From a virus: a stretch of DNA of 64,000 nt. The notes under the pieces were generated by a model. It did not search any database. It worked only from the letters and a program-made list of their open reading frames with translations, and was not told the origin of the DNA. The DNA is taken from the IMG/VR virus record IMGVR_UViG_3300020473_000016. The stretch is one strand, 5' to 3'. The translations under genes were made by a program, and so were the position numbers. Below are positions 54,250-63,492 of the stretch, piece by piece (positions within the stretch are counted from its first letter, which is position 1; each line of letters begins with the position of its first letter).

Positions 54250-54263
54250 CTCATAATTTTCAT
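53934..54263 (-). CDS. Nested +1-frame ORF, candidate membrane-anchored protein
   Basis: SD AGGAG 8 nt before the ATG; 109 codons open; host gene avoids NTA codons in the overlap. Confidence 0.4.
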   Translation of the reverse strand: MKIMRWLTKEFTKTPGYMRVNLSLLTILAISSVSSTVLLISRQAKNTSEENILPVVESLEVAKVNGELRVRVTGKNTTEVLTNLSPMLKDWAEKSLSEKSYRSTQPKVK

Positions 54264-54278
54264 TTCTTTATCTCCTAT

Positions 54279-54674
54279 TTATTGCCAATTAGTAACTGTT
54301 ATTTCAATAGAATTATTATCCATTTCCCACTCCTCAGACACAGAATAACCATGCATCTGATTAATAGTATTATGTATAGTCATCCTAGCATACTGTTGAG
54401 TTACCTTGTCTATGAATCTACTTACTGGAACATCAAGATCCCAAGTAGAATGATCAGAGTATAGATCATAAGTCTCCGTCTTTTCGTTCCAACGAAACCC
54501 AATGTCATTTGACACAGCAACTTCTGCCCGAACCACAGGGTGATCCTCAGCATGATCAGGATTTGTAATAACGAGGTCTTGATCTTCTTTAACATTATAC
54601 TGTAATAATTCTAATGCCTCAACTAATTGAGGTCTCTCTTTTATTTTAGTCTTAATCGTGCTGAAGTGTGACAT
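54279..54674 (-). CDS. Ycf35/DUF1257-family protein
   Basis: MSHFSTIKT.I, DIGFRWN...Y.L..D..W and ..QQYA. Confidence 0.85.
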   Translation of the reverse strand: MSHFSTIKTKIKERPQLVEALELLQYNVKEDQDLVITNPDHAEDHPVVRAEVAVSNDIGFRWNEKTETYDLYSDHSTWDLDVPVSRFIDKVTQQYARMTIHNTINQMHGYSVSEEWEMDNNSIEITVTNWQ

Positions 54675-54846
54675 TTTCCTCTGTAGTAACGGTTTGATAA
54701 TACTCTTGTGTTTCTTTTCTCCACTGGACAGTTCCTAATGTCTCCTCAATCTTTTCTGTAAGATCAAGACATTGTGTTCCTTTAACACCCATAACCTCTT
54801 CAGTTACAGTACCGTCTTGTGCGATAACAAATTTAATTTTTTTCAT
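54652..54846 (-). CDS. DUF2997-family protein
   Basis: IKF.I.QDG.V.EEV.G..G..C..LT..IE..LG. Confidence 0.8.
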   Translation of the reverse strand: MKKIKFVIAQDGTVTEEVMGVKGTQCLDLTEKIEETLGTVQWRKETQEYYQTVTTEENVTLQHD

Positions 54847-55066
54847 ATTGTTTAATACTCTCCTCCCATTCTTTTAGTGATGATTGACAATTTGGTGGTT
54901 CTGGTTCCTTATATCCCTTGATCTTTTTCCATTTGTTATATAGAGCTCCCATCACCCATGACTGGGATAGACTCTTGGGACCATTCTCAAGCAAATCTAA
55001 CTCATACTTACTAGAAGTATATCCTTTGTACTCTTCTCTCCAGTTGGAATCGTCTACCATGCCCAT
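54833..55066 (-). CDS. Conserved cyanophage hypothetical protein
   Basis: WREEYK..LLENGPKSLSQSW; SD AGGAG. Confidence 0.7.
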   Translation of the reverse strand: MGMVDDSNWREEYKGYTSSKYELDLLENGPKSLSQSWVMGALYNKWKKIKGYKEPEPPNCQSSLKEWEESIKQYEKN

Positions 55067-55641
55067 GATACTCCTGAATATCTCTTTCCTTTTGTTGCTT
55101 CAGTCACACCATGTGGAAAAAAGAAATTAGAAGGGAACATAACAATATCACCCTTACCTAACTTGATCACATTATCTTTCCAGAAATATAAATCAGCACC
55201 TTCATAGTCATCATTAAAATTCATAATAAAACTAAGTACTGGCACTCCTTTTTGTGTACCATCAAATAATGAATGAATATGATCAAAATGTTGACGCATG
55301 ATCTGACCAGGTGAGTATCTATTAAAACGAACCTGACAAAAGTTATTCATTACATTTGGAGATCCATCACCAAATGTAAAAAATGCATAATTTTTTTCAT
55401 ATTTTCTACCAGCTTCTATTATAAATTTCCCTAATTGTTTTTGCAATTCTAGAGTAGCACCCTGAATATCAAGCTCCATCTTTTCTTCAGAATGATATGA
55501 ATCTTTGTGAACATTATACCACTTATGAGGTATCCACTCTCTCGATTCTATATCTTTAACAATAACATCACAAATATCAGCAGGAATAATCTTTTCTGCT
55601 ACGTAAATACATTCATGTAATTTAGTATCAGGTTTGTTCAT
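55054..55641 (-). CDS. 2OG-Fe(II) oxygenase (prolyl-hydroxylase-like)
   Basis: RFNRY..GQ.M..HFDHIH, NDDYEG, FPSNF.FPH.V and RYS.VSW. Confidence 0.85.
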   Translation of the reverse strand: MNKPDTKLHECIYVAEKIIPADICDVIVKDIESREWIPHKWYNVHKDSYHSEEKMELDIQGATLELQKQLGKFIIEAGRKYEKNYAFFTFGDGSPNVMNNFCQVRFNRYSPGQIMRQHFDHIHSLFDGTQKGVPVLSFIMNFNDDYEGADLYFWKDNVIKLGKGDIVMFPSNFFFPHGVTEATKGKRYSGVSWAW

Positions 55642-56783
55642 AGTTTAAAACCAGCAAAAGTATCCTTCTTAACATCCTGTTTGATGCTACCAACAACATA
55701 TGATTCAACCTCTGTCTCTTGTGGTGCAACCTGCATACCTTTAGAAGATAACCAGTGTGCTGTCCATGGTAATGGATTGTTAGAGATAGGAGTGTCGAAG
55801 ATTGCATCGAGACCAATTGATTTTAACCTACGATTAGCAGTCCATTCAACATACTTTTGTAGTAATTTATCATTGAGTCCTATAATAGAACCATCTTTAA
55901 ATAAGTACTCAGCCCATGCCTTCTCTTCTTCTACTGCTGTACGGAACATCTGATAGACATTCTCCTCTTCTTCTTTAGCAATGACAACCATCTCTGGATC
56001 ATCACCTTCCTTCCACTTATTTAATATATTTTGAGAGACAACCATGTGTTGTGACTCATCTCTTGCTATCAATGATATGATCTTAGCAGAACCTTCAAGT
56101 AACTTAAGCTCGCCAAAAGCGAAACTACAAGCAAAAGAGACATAAAACCTAATTCCTTCCAGTATATAAACATTGGCAACTGCCTTATAGAGTGATCTTT
56201 TTAAATCTTTACGTGTCCATTCTGAATTGGGATGACTCCTCATATCATCTTTCCAACTGTTACTCTGACCATACTCCTGTGCATAATTAATGAACTCATC
56301 GTATGCTCTGGTCACTGACTCAGCACGTGCAAGGATCTGCTCATCCTCCAAGATAGTATCAAAGACCTCAGATGGATCTGGATATACATTCTTAATTATA
56401 TGTGTGTATGATCTACTATGGATCATCTCCATAGTCTGCCATATGTTCATACAACCTTCCAATTCAGGTAAAGAAACATAAGGAGCAAACGCCATACCAG
56501 GCCCACGTCCTTGAACAGAGTCAAGTAAGATTTGATACTTAAGATTACTTGAAAATATATGTTTCTGTGCAGCATTTAGTGTTTGATAATCAGCACGATC
56601 CTTTTGTAAGGAAACTTCTTCTGGTCTCCAAAAGAAACCTAACTGTGTCTGTGTTAACTTATCGAAGATAGGATACTTAAACTTATCATATCTTTGTACT
56701 CCTAATGGAGGACCAAAGAACATTTGTCCTTTGGTAGTATCTACCTGATTCGTATTGAATACAGTCATACCAGTTATATCCAT
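55638..56783 (-). CDS. nrdB: Ribonucleotide reductase class Ia beta subunit
   Basis: FFWRPEEV, LDSVQGR, E.IHSRSY, LEGIRFYVSF, RDE..H and VAPQE.E..SY. Likely start MDITG with SD AAGGAGG. Confidence 0.95.
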   Translation of the reverse strand: MDITGMTVFNTNQVDTTKGQMFFGPPLGVQRYDKFKYPIFDKLTQTQLGFFWRPEEVSLQKDRADYQTLNAAQKHIFSSNLKYQILLDSVQGRGPGMAFAPYVSLPELEGCMNIWQTMEMIHSRSYTHIIKNVYPDPSEVFDTILEDEQILARAESVTRAYDEFINYAQEYGQSNSWKDDMRSHPNSEWTRKDLKRSLYKAVANVYILEGIRFYVSFACSFAFGELKLLEGSAKIISLIARDESQHMVVSQNILNKWKEGDDPEMVVIAKEEEENVYQMFRTAVEEEKAWAEYLFKDGSIIGLNDKLLQKYVEWTANRRLKSIGLDAIFDTPISNNPLPWTAHWLSSKGMQVAPQETEVESYVVGSIKQDVKKDTFAGFKL

Positions 56784-56793
56784 ATGTTCCTCC

Positions 56794-59103
56794 TTAGATT
56801 TTGCAGCTGTCACAATCGTCCTCCTCCATTTCAAATATACCTTCTAGTAGATCTTTAATGTCTTCTTTAGTTGTTTCTTCAACTACATCTGATTTAGAAT
56901 CATATGTATTCTGATAGTAAGAAGTCTTCCAACCATATTTAAAGGTTGTCAATAAATCCTGTGCCATTACTGATACAGGAACTTCAGAATTGTCATAATG
57001 CTGTGGGTTATAACTCCAGTTTCCAGAAATTGCTTGATCAAAGAACTTCTGCATAACAGCAACAATATTAATATACCCAGTGTTCCCAGACATATCCCAA
57101 AGCAACGTGTAATTGTTCTTAAGGGTTGCGTACTGTGGTACAACTTGTTTGAGAGGTCCCTTCTTAGACTTCTTCGTTGAGATAAGATCTCTGGGTGGTT
57201 CAATGCCATTCGTAGCATTACTGACGACTGAAGAAGACTCGGATGGCATCTGTGCAGATAAGGTGCTATGTCGTAGACCGAATTCAACAATGCTTTGTCG
57301 AAGCTCTTCCCAGTCATGTTTAAGTTCATTCGCAACCAGTTCATCTACATCTTTTTTGTAAGTGTCGATTGGGAGGATACCGTCTGCATACTTGGTGCGA
57401 TCAAAAGCTCCGCACTTCCCTTTCTCTTTTGCGATTGCGTTACTTGACTTGAGCAAGTAGTACTGGAAACTTTCAGACAAGTCGTGTACGAGTTTCCATG
57501 CTTCTGGGTCTTCATATTTTACTCCGTTCTTTGCTAGGTAATGTGCTAATCCAATATAACCAATACCAAGAGAACGTCTTGCAATAGTACTTCTCTCTGC
57601 TGCCTTCACTGGGTAGTGTTGGTAGTCAATTAACTCTTCTAATCCACGTACAGATAGGTCACAGAGTTCTTCCATCTCATCTAGGTTACGTAGTTTACCT
57701 ACGTTAATAGCAGATAGAATACACAATGCAATCTCACCATCACCATCAATGTGTTGGATAGGATCTGTTGGTAGTGTAATCTCCTGACAGAGGTTACTCA
57801 TACTTACCTTATCTTTGAATGATGAGTGATCATTACAGTGGTCTATATTCATGATGTAAATACGACCAGTCTCTGCTCTCTCCTTAAGGAGATCTAGGAT
57901 GAGCTCTTGTGCTCCAATAGTTTTTCTTGGGATTCTTGAATCTGCTTCAGCAGCAACATATTGCTCATCAAAGGATGGAGTACCAAAAGACTCGTAAAGC
58001 CCAGGAACATGATGAGGACTGAAGAGACTAACATCCTCGTTAGCGATGAATCGTTCATAAAATAATTTTGAAATTTGTATACTGTAGTCAAGTTTTCTGA
58101 CCCTATTATCCTCAGTACCTTTATTGTTCTTGAGGACAAGGATGTCTTCTATTTCTTGATGCCAGATTGGGAAGTGGACTGTCGCTGATCCACCTCTGAT
58201 GCCATTTTGAGTGCAACATCTGACAGTGCTCTCAAATTTTTTGAGAAACGGGACGACACCCGTGTGTTGAACTTCACCGCCCCTGATCTTAGAGTTGATC
58301 CCACGTATTCTACCTGCGTTGATGCCAATTCCCGCCCTTTGAGCAACGTATTTACCAATAGCCATGTCACTGCTGAAGATGCTGTCAAGCGTGTCATCAG
58401 CATCAACGAGAACACAGGAGGCAAATTGTCTAATGGGAGTTCGCACCCCTGCCATGACTGGTGTTGGGATGTTGATTTTGTGTTTTGAGATTGATTCGTA
58501 GTATCTTCTGACATAATCGAGTCTATTATCTCCGTAGTTTCTGAACAATGTAGCAGCAATCATCATGTACATATACTGAGGAGTCTCATATACCTCTCCA
58601 GTACTTCTATCCTGTACAAGATACTTGTCAACGATTTGACGTAGACCTGCATAAGTGAATAGAAGATCACGACTATGATCTATCCAAGAGTTGATCTTAT
58701 CCCACTCTTCTTCACTATACTTATCTATAATTTCTCCATCATATATGCCACGCTCCACACACTCCTTAGCATGGTCTAAAATAGGTGGATGACTTTTGAC
58801 CCACGTTGATCCAAAGACCTGCTTTTTAAGACCAAATAGAAGCAATCTAGCAGCAGCAAATTGATAGTTAGGTTGTTCAATACTAATAAGATCACTAGCA
58901 GAACGAACTAAAATTTCTTGTATGTCCTTAGTCTGAATTCCATCAAAGAATTGCAGACCAGAGTTCATTTCTATCTGAGAGGCACTCACACCGCTTCCCA
59001 GACCTTCGCAAGCTTCTTCTGTCATCTTATGAACCTTCTCAAGGTTTAACCCCTCGATAGATCCATTTCTCTTACGTACTTTTATATCTGTACCATTGGT
59101 CAT
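56794..59103 (-). CDS. nrdA: Ribonucleotide reductase class Ia alpha subunit
   Basis: N-terminal ATP cone, PTP.MAG.RT, ASCVL, SNLCQEI, CILSAIN, QMPSESSS..SNATNGIEP and YY. Uninterrupted. Confidence 0.97.
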   Translation of the reverse strand: MTNGTDIKVRKRNGSIEGLNLEKVHKMTEEACEGLGSGVSASQIEMNSGLQFFDGIQTKDIQEILVRSASDLISIEQPNYQFAAARLLLFGLKKQVFGSTWVKSHPPILDHAKECVERGIYDGEIIDKYSEEEWDKINSWIDHSRDLLFTYAGLRQIVDKYLVQDRSTGEVYETPQYMYMMIAATLFRNYGDNRLDYVRRYYESISKHKINIPTPVMAGVRTPIRQFASCVLVDADDTLDSIFSSDMAIGKYVAQRAGIGINAGRIRGINSKIRGGEVQHTGVVPFLKKFESTVRCCTQNGIRGGSATVHFPIWHQEIEDILVLKNNKGTEDNRVRKLDYSIQISKLFYERFIANEDVSLFSPHHVPGLYESFGTPSFDEQYVAAEADSRIPRKTIGAQELILDLLKERAETGRIYIMNIDHCNDHSSFKDKVSMSNLCQEITLPTDPIQHIDGDGEIALCILSAINVGKLRNLDEMEELCDLSVRGLEELIDYQHYPVKAAERSTIARRSLGIGYIGLAHYLAKNGVKYEDPEAWKLVHDLSESFQYYLLKSSNAIAKEKGKCGAFDRTKYADGILPIDTYKKDVDELVANELKHDWEELRQSIVEFGLRHSTLSAQMPSESSSVVSNATNGIEPPRDLISTKKSKKGPLKQVVPQYATLKNNYTLLWDMSGNTGYINIVAVMQKFFDQAISGNWSYNPQHYDNSEVPVSVMAQDLLTTFKYGWKTSYYQNTYDSKSDVVEETTKEDIKDLLEGIFEMEEDDCDSCKI

Positions 59104-60089
59104 ACTTTTTTCCAGTCGTTTATTTTAAGGTTTGCTTCTAATTTCTGATATACATGTGATTCTACCACCTTCTGCACATCATGTCCAGCAAGAGACATAT
59201 CGTTTATGTCCTTTTCCTGTATATTTTTAGGCCAAATGACTACCTTATCTCCTCTGTCGATTGACTTGGAGATTCGGTTGACGATCTCTCTGTTACGTGG
59301 CTCGTTATCATATACCCAAATATAATTGCCCCAGCCAAACGTCCGAATATCAACATCAGACCCAGCCATCGCAACGGAATTCTGAATGAAGGTACTGTCA
59401 AACGGTCCTTCAACAATGTAAATCGGTTCTTCATAATTTATTCTATCCTGTCCAAAGATTTTAGGTTTGTCTTCATCAAGCATGATCGTAATGTATCTCA
59501 TCTTTGCCGTAGGGGCTAGCGATCTGCCTTGATATCCGAAGAGGTTACCGTCTTTATCCCTGAAAGGTATTATAATTCGAGGACCGTCTTGTCTCAGATT
59601 GTCAAAGGTTTTCTTCTGTTTGTTAGTCCATGCTTTAAATTTGGGACAATAATAGAAGTAGTCTAAGTCTTTGATTTTTCTGTCTTCAAGATATTTTCTT
59701 GCTGGATGTTCTTTATTTAGATCTGAGATTTTTTCTAGATCTATGTCAGATTTTTTAAAAACTGGAGGAGTAAATTTAAAGTCTGGATTTTTTGTAGTTG
59801 TACCCTTACCTGTCTGTCCATGAGAAAATTTCTCCATGATATATTGATCATAGAGAATACGATCTTGGTCTTTTAAGAAGTTTGAGAATGTTCTACCAAG
59901 ACCACAGTTGTGACACTTGAATACATATCCACTCTTCATCTCAAACAGATATCCTCGTGCCTTATTCTTATGCTTCTGCGAGTCTCCACAGTAAGGACAC
60001 CTAAAATTAAAAAGGTTCGACTTCTTTTGTTTAAAAAGAGTCAAACGCGAAGATATTCTGTTTATGTAATTCCCATCAATATAGGACAT
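59100..60089 (-). CDS. gp61: DNA primase gp61
   Basis: CPYCGDS..KARGY..CHNC Zn finger, QGR, VEGPFDS TOPRIM and KDIND. Confidence 0.95.
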   Translation of the reverse strand: MSYIDGNYINRISSRLTLFKQKKSNLFNFRCPYCGDSQKHKNKARGYLFEMKSGYVFKCHNCGLGRTFSNFLKDQDRILYDQYIMEKFSHGQTGKGTTTKNPDFKFTPPVFKKSDIDLEKISDLNKEHPARKYLEDRKIKDLDYFYYCPKFKAWTNKQKKTFDNLRQDGPRIIIPFRDKDGNLFGYQGRSLAPTAKMRYITIMLDEDKPKIFGQDRINYEEPIYIVEGPFDSTFIQNSVAMAGSDVDIRTFGWGNYIWVYDNEPRNREIVNRISKSIDRGDKVVIWPKNIQEKDINDMSLAGHDVQKVVESHVYQKLEANLKINDWKKV

Positions 60090-60095
60090 TCACCC

Positions 60096-60506
60096 CTACG
60101 AGACTTGTGATGGGTATATCATAGTAGTTTTTTGTGGATTTGTCAATCCTGCTTGTGACGATTCAAATATCGGTCTAATGATTTTTTGTCCGACTGGACT
60201 AACGAGGAAAGATATAATAGAAAGAGCACCAAAAATAGACCACATTTTCTTTTCCATGACTCTAAGACGGTCATCGACTTTTCTGATGTCACGCTCACAC
60301 CCCTTTTTAATTAACTCTGTTTCTCTATCAAGTGCTCTATGAAGACTATCAATCTTCTCGAACAAAACACCATCAATTTGATCTTGTTTATCTAATTTCT
60401 CATTGTGGACAGCAAGAAGCTGCCCCATCTTTATAGAATTTTCTTGGAGAGTATTAACTACTTTCTCCAGCCGCTCAAGAATAGCGGTGTTAATACCCTC
60501 AGCCAT
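60096..60506 (-). CDS. Coiled-coil protein with C-terminal TM (DUF7201-like)
   Basis: Heptad-rich, then WSIFGALSIISFLV. Confidence 0.65.
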   Translation of the reverse strand: MAEGINTAILERLEKVVNTLQENSIKMGQLLAVHNEKLDKQDQIDGVLFEKIDSLHRALDRETELIKKGCERDIRKVDDRLRVMEKKMWSIFGALSIISFLVSPVGQKIIRPIFESSQAGLTNPQKTTMIYPSQVS

Positions 60507-60518
60507 ACTACCCTCTAC

Positions 60519-61235
60519 TTAAACGTGGCGTATAGCAAAATCCAAAGCACTCTGATAAGTAGCAGCATCTTTGTTCAGCATATACTGAAACTGTTGCTTG
60601 TGAGTGTCATCTAACTGTCCATATACAGCAGCAATTCTCTTGGCAGAGAAGTTATCTAAATTCTGTACTCCACCATCGCTAAATTGAATCTTAGCAAATG
60701 ACTCTGGTGCATTTGATAGTTCACTAGTTGCAACATCTAAAGCAACTTGAACAACATCATTATGATTTTCCATAATATTATTACCTGTAGGTTCTACATG
60801 ATCTCTCTTCAATTTTTTTGTTTGATCTTGTGCTTTCTTTTTAAAATCTGACATGCGAGCCTTCATAAGGATATCCATTTCCTTAGTCTTACTCTGCATT
60901 TTTTCTTTTGCTTCCTTACGTTTCTTTTGAAGCTCCTTAGAACGACCCAACTTTTTCTTCTGGGCAATTTGTTTCTGTGCTCTCTCAGTCTCAGACGAAA
61001 CAGCCTCAGGAATTATTTTTTCTTCAACTTGTTCTTTCATTTTTCTTTTTTGTATACGTGTAAAGAGAGCTTTTGCACCTGATGTACGACCATCTACCTT
61101 ATCACCATTGTTCTTCTTCATGCGACGATGAACTCTGGGTTGGACAATTACAAAAGCAGGAGGCAAAGCAACACCACTGCCGTCACCAGCAGAGTTAATT
61201 TCTTCATCTATATTAGATTCAATTGCTTTAGACAT
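60519..61235 (-). CDS. Conserved hypothetical protein
   Basis: INSAGDGSG.ALPPAFV, a Lys-rich coil, and LDNFSA..I..VY..L. Confidence 0.7.
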   Translation of the reverse strand: MSKAIESNIDEEINSAGDGSGVALPPAFVIVQPRVHRRMKKNNGDKVDGRTSGAKALFTRIQKRKMKEQVEEKIIPEAVSSETERAQKQIAQKKKLGRSKELQKKRKEAKEKMQSKTKEMDILMKARMSDFKKKAQDQTKKLKRDHVEPTGNNIMENHNDVVQVALDVATSELSNAPESFAKIQFSDGGVQNLDNFSAKRIAAVYGQLDDTHKQQFQYMLNKDAATYQSALDFAIRHV

Positions 61236-61564
61236 TCTGTATCAACTTCCTCATTAAGTTCAGGTGGTAATCTATCGAGAAACAACATGAAAGCCTTGAT
61301 TATAGACCAATAAGTTGCTTCTACTTTATAAAACAACAACGGAGTTGCTGCGTCACCAAACACATTATATAGAACTATAACATGATTTAGTATAAGATGA
61401 GTTTTTAACTCATTCGTCATCTTGTAACGTCTCAAGAGTCTTTTGATGTACTTAAATCTCTTTAAGTCCTCTTCAAAGTCTGAGTATGTTACTGATGATG
61501 GGTTGTTATAATTTTGAATAGCAAAGAATAACCAATTTTCATGGTCCAGTTCACGAATGTTCAT
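61208..61564 (-). CDS. Conserved T4-like hypothetical protein
   Basis: Y.NP....DF.EDLKRFKYIKRL..LILNHVIVLYNVF. Confidence 0.75.
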   Translation of the reverse strand: MNIRELDHENWLFFAIQNYNNPSSVTYSDFEEDLKRFKYIKRLLRRYKMTNELKTHLILNHVIVLYNVFGDAATPLLFYKVEATYWSIIKAFMLFLDRLPPELNEEVDTECLKQLNLI

Positions 61565-61569
61565 TTACA

Positions 61570-62397
61570 TTATGATGAGAATGTTAAGGTTCCTGCTCCA
61601 TTAGAGATAACTTCTTCTGTACCATTAGCAGATGTGATCTTAACTCTATAGTTTTGACCATCTAATGTATCATTAGCAAGTCCACTGTATGCAAGAGTTG
61701 CAGTAGCGAAATCAGCGTATGTGATACCTGTGTCAAGGTTAGCAGTGATGTTAACCCAACGCTTAGTACCTGCCTTCTGACGTTGCCAAACATAAGCAAG
61801 TGTTCCAGGTGTACCAGTTGTACTTGTAGTAACTGCGAATGTTCCAGCACCAGAACTAGAAGAAGAATTACCAGGTTGTCCAGTGATAGTTACAGCAGAT
61901 GCAACATCAGCAGCGATAGTATCATCAGCAAGGTCACCAGATACACTAGATGCAACTGTGACTGCTGCTATACATTCAGCTTTATGGCGTGTGTTACCAG
62001 CATGATCCGTAAAGGAACGATACTGCCACCAACCAGGTCCGTTTATACCACGTGATTTGTTCTCAGCAAGAGAACCTTCTGTTGCGTCAGCAAACACAAG
62101 GTCATAACTGTTACTATCACCACCCAGTATAACGAATTCCGCAACTGCTCTTGGAGGTGTACGCTTGATTACTTTAGCAGCAGCAAGAGTATTATTAGTA
62201 GCTCCTGCATATACTTTGTGTAATTCAATACTTGTTGTACTTGTTATAGTCTTAACGATGTAATTAACACCATCAATTTCAAGTACATCACCACCAACTA
62301 CTGTGTCGGCAGCGTTCTTTGTTACTGTTGCGTCGTTTTGAGTGACAGCAACTGTGTTTGAGAATGCAGCAGCATCCGTAGTTCCAAAAACAGCCAT
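61570..62397 (-). CDS. Virion structural protein with C-terminal Ig-like domain
   Basis: PGW..Y..TD..G.TRHK.E and YVWQ....YRV.I Ig pattern. TATAAATA at 62439-62432. Confidence 0.7.
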   Translation of the reverse strand: MAVFGTTDAAAFSNTVAVTQNDATVTKNAADTVVGGDVLEIDGVNYIVKTITSTTSIELHKVYAGATNNTLAAAKVIKRTPPRAVAEFVILGGDSNSYDLVFADATEGSLAENKSRGINGPGWWQYRSFTDHAGNTRHKAECIAAVTVASSVSGDLADDTIAADVASAVTITGQPGNSSSSSGAGTFAVTTSTTGTPGTLAYVWQRQKAGTKRWVNITANLDTGITYADFATATLAYSGLANDTLDGQNYRVKITSANGTEEVISNGAGTLTFSS

Positions 62398-62442
62398 CTT
62401 TTTTTCCTGGTCAAGGTATAGTTCTAAGGTTTATTTATAATC

Positions 62443-62631
62443 TTAAGACTCTAGTAACGCCTTTGCTACAGCAGCAACTAGTTCATCATCTAGTTTATTC
62501 TCTGTTTTAGCAGCTGCTTTCTTAAGCAACTTAATTACAAAATCTTTTATTACTGAGTCTAAGTCATCAGGTATCTTATCAACTGCTTTGTTGATGATAC
62601 TGATCGCGATAGGCATTAAAAAATTAATCAT
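62443..62631 (-). CDS. Small hypothetical protein
   Basis: LLKKAAAKTENKLDDELV motif. Confidence 0.7.
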   Translation of the reverse strand: MINFLMPIAISIINKAVDKIPDDLDSVIKDFVIKLLKKAAAKTENKLDDELVAAVAKALLES

Positions 62632-62652
62632 GATGATATGATGTAAGTAAGT

Positions 62653-62949
62653 TTATTTATGTAAGTTCTCAGACCCTCCAATATTACACTCAACATCCGA
62701 GTGACAATTCTCTGATCCTCCTACTGAAAAGGGATTATATCTTGATGTTGCAATCCGATACATCTTCTCATGCATGGTTATATCATCTGCTATATCTTCT
62801 TCTGGTCTAGGATTTTCGTATTCTTTTCTCATATCATCGTGTAGTCTTTCAACTGGGGTTTTATCTGTTGCCATAGGCCATTCATCGTAAGGGTGTGGTA
62901 CATCGTCAAACCACTCATCAAGTGGTAATCTGTGTAACGGTTCCTTCAT
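62653..62949 (-). CDS. Hypothetical protein
   Basis: 98 aa, TAATG-coupled. Confidence 0.6.
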   Translation of the reverse strand: MKEPLHRLPLDEWFDDVPHPYDEWPMATDKTPVERLHDDMRKEYENPRPEEDIADDITMHEKMYRIATSRYNPFSVGGSENCHSDVECNIGGSENLHK

Positions 62950-63077
62950 TAGCTATTATCTGGTTTAGTAGTCATACCTTTCTCTCCATCTTTAATGGTA
63001 GGCATAACTTCAACCGTAGGTTTACGTTTCTCTTTCTTCTTTTTAGATTCTTCTAGGAATTGAGAGTAGGATTTCAT
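62949..63077 (-). CDS. Small basic protein, 42 aa
   Basis: Translated by hand: MKSYSQFLEESKKKKEKRKPTVEVMPTIKDGEKGMTTKPDNS. Confidence 0.65.
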   Translation of the reverse strand: MKSYSQFLEESKKKKEKRKPTVEVMPTIKDGEKGMTTKPDNS

Positions 63078-63078
63078 T

Positions 63079-63492
63079 CTAATAACCCTTACTCTTACTC
63101 TTTTTATATCCTTTCTGCCAACCTTTTCCTTTAATCTTTTCTATAACATATGTCTCACCATTTAATTCATACTCTTCTCTTTCTTCAACTTCCTCTGCAT
63201 ATCCATCTGAATCATAACTAGGGGCAGTTTCATTCTTACCAAGATAAGTTCCTTTCTCTATTTTTTTCTTTTTCTTTGTAGTATCTTCTATTTCTGCACC
63301 ATTAGACTGAGGATCCATTCCAGAGAAAGGTTCTTCTGCTAATTGATCAGCAGATGGCATTTCAGTTCCTTGAAAAGTGTCTCCATCCATCCAATTTTCA
63401 TACATCTTCATGAGATTCTTTGCATACTCATCCTCAAACTGGACAGTATTAACAGGATCTTGGTACTTCATTGTCATTTTTATACTCATCAA
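63079..63492 (-). CDS. Hypothetical protein
   Basis: 137 aa; TATAAATA at 63504-63497. Confidence 0.65.
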   Translation of the reverse strand: MMSIKMTMKYQDPVNTVQFEDEYAKNLMKMYENWMDGDTFQGTEMPSADQLAEEPFSGMDPQSNGAEIEDTTKKKKKIEKGTYLGKNETAPSYDSDGYAEEVEEREEYELNGETYVIEKIKGKGWQKGYKKSKSKGY

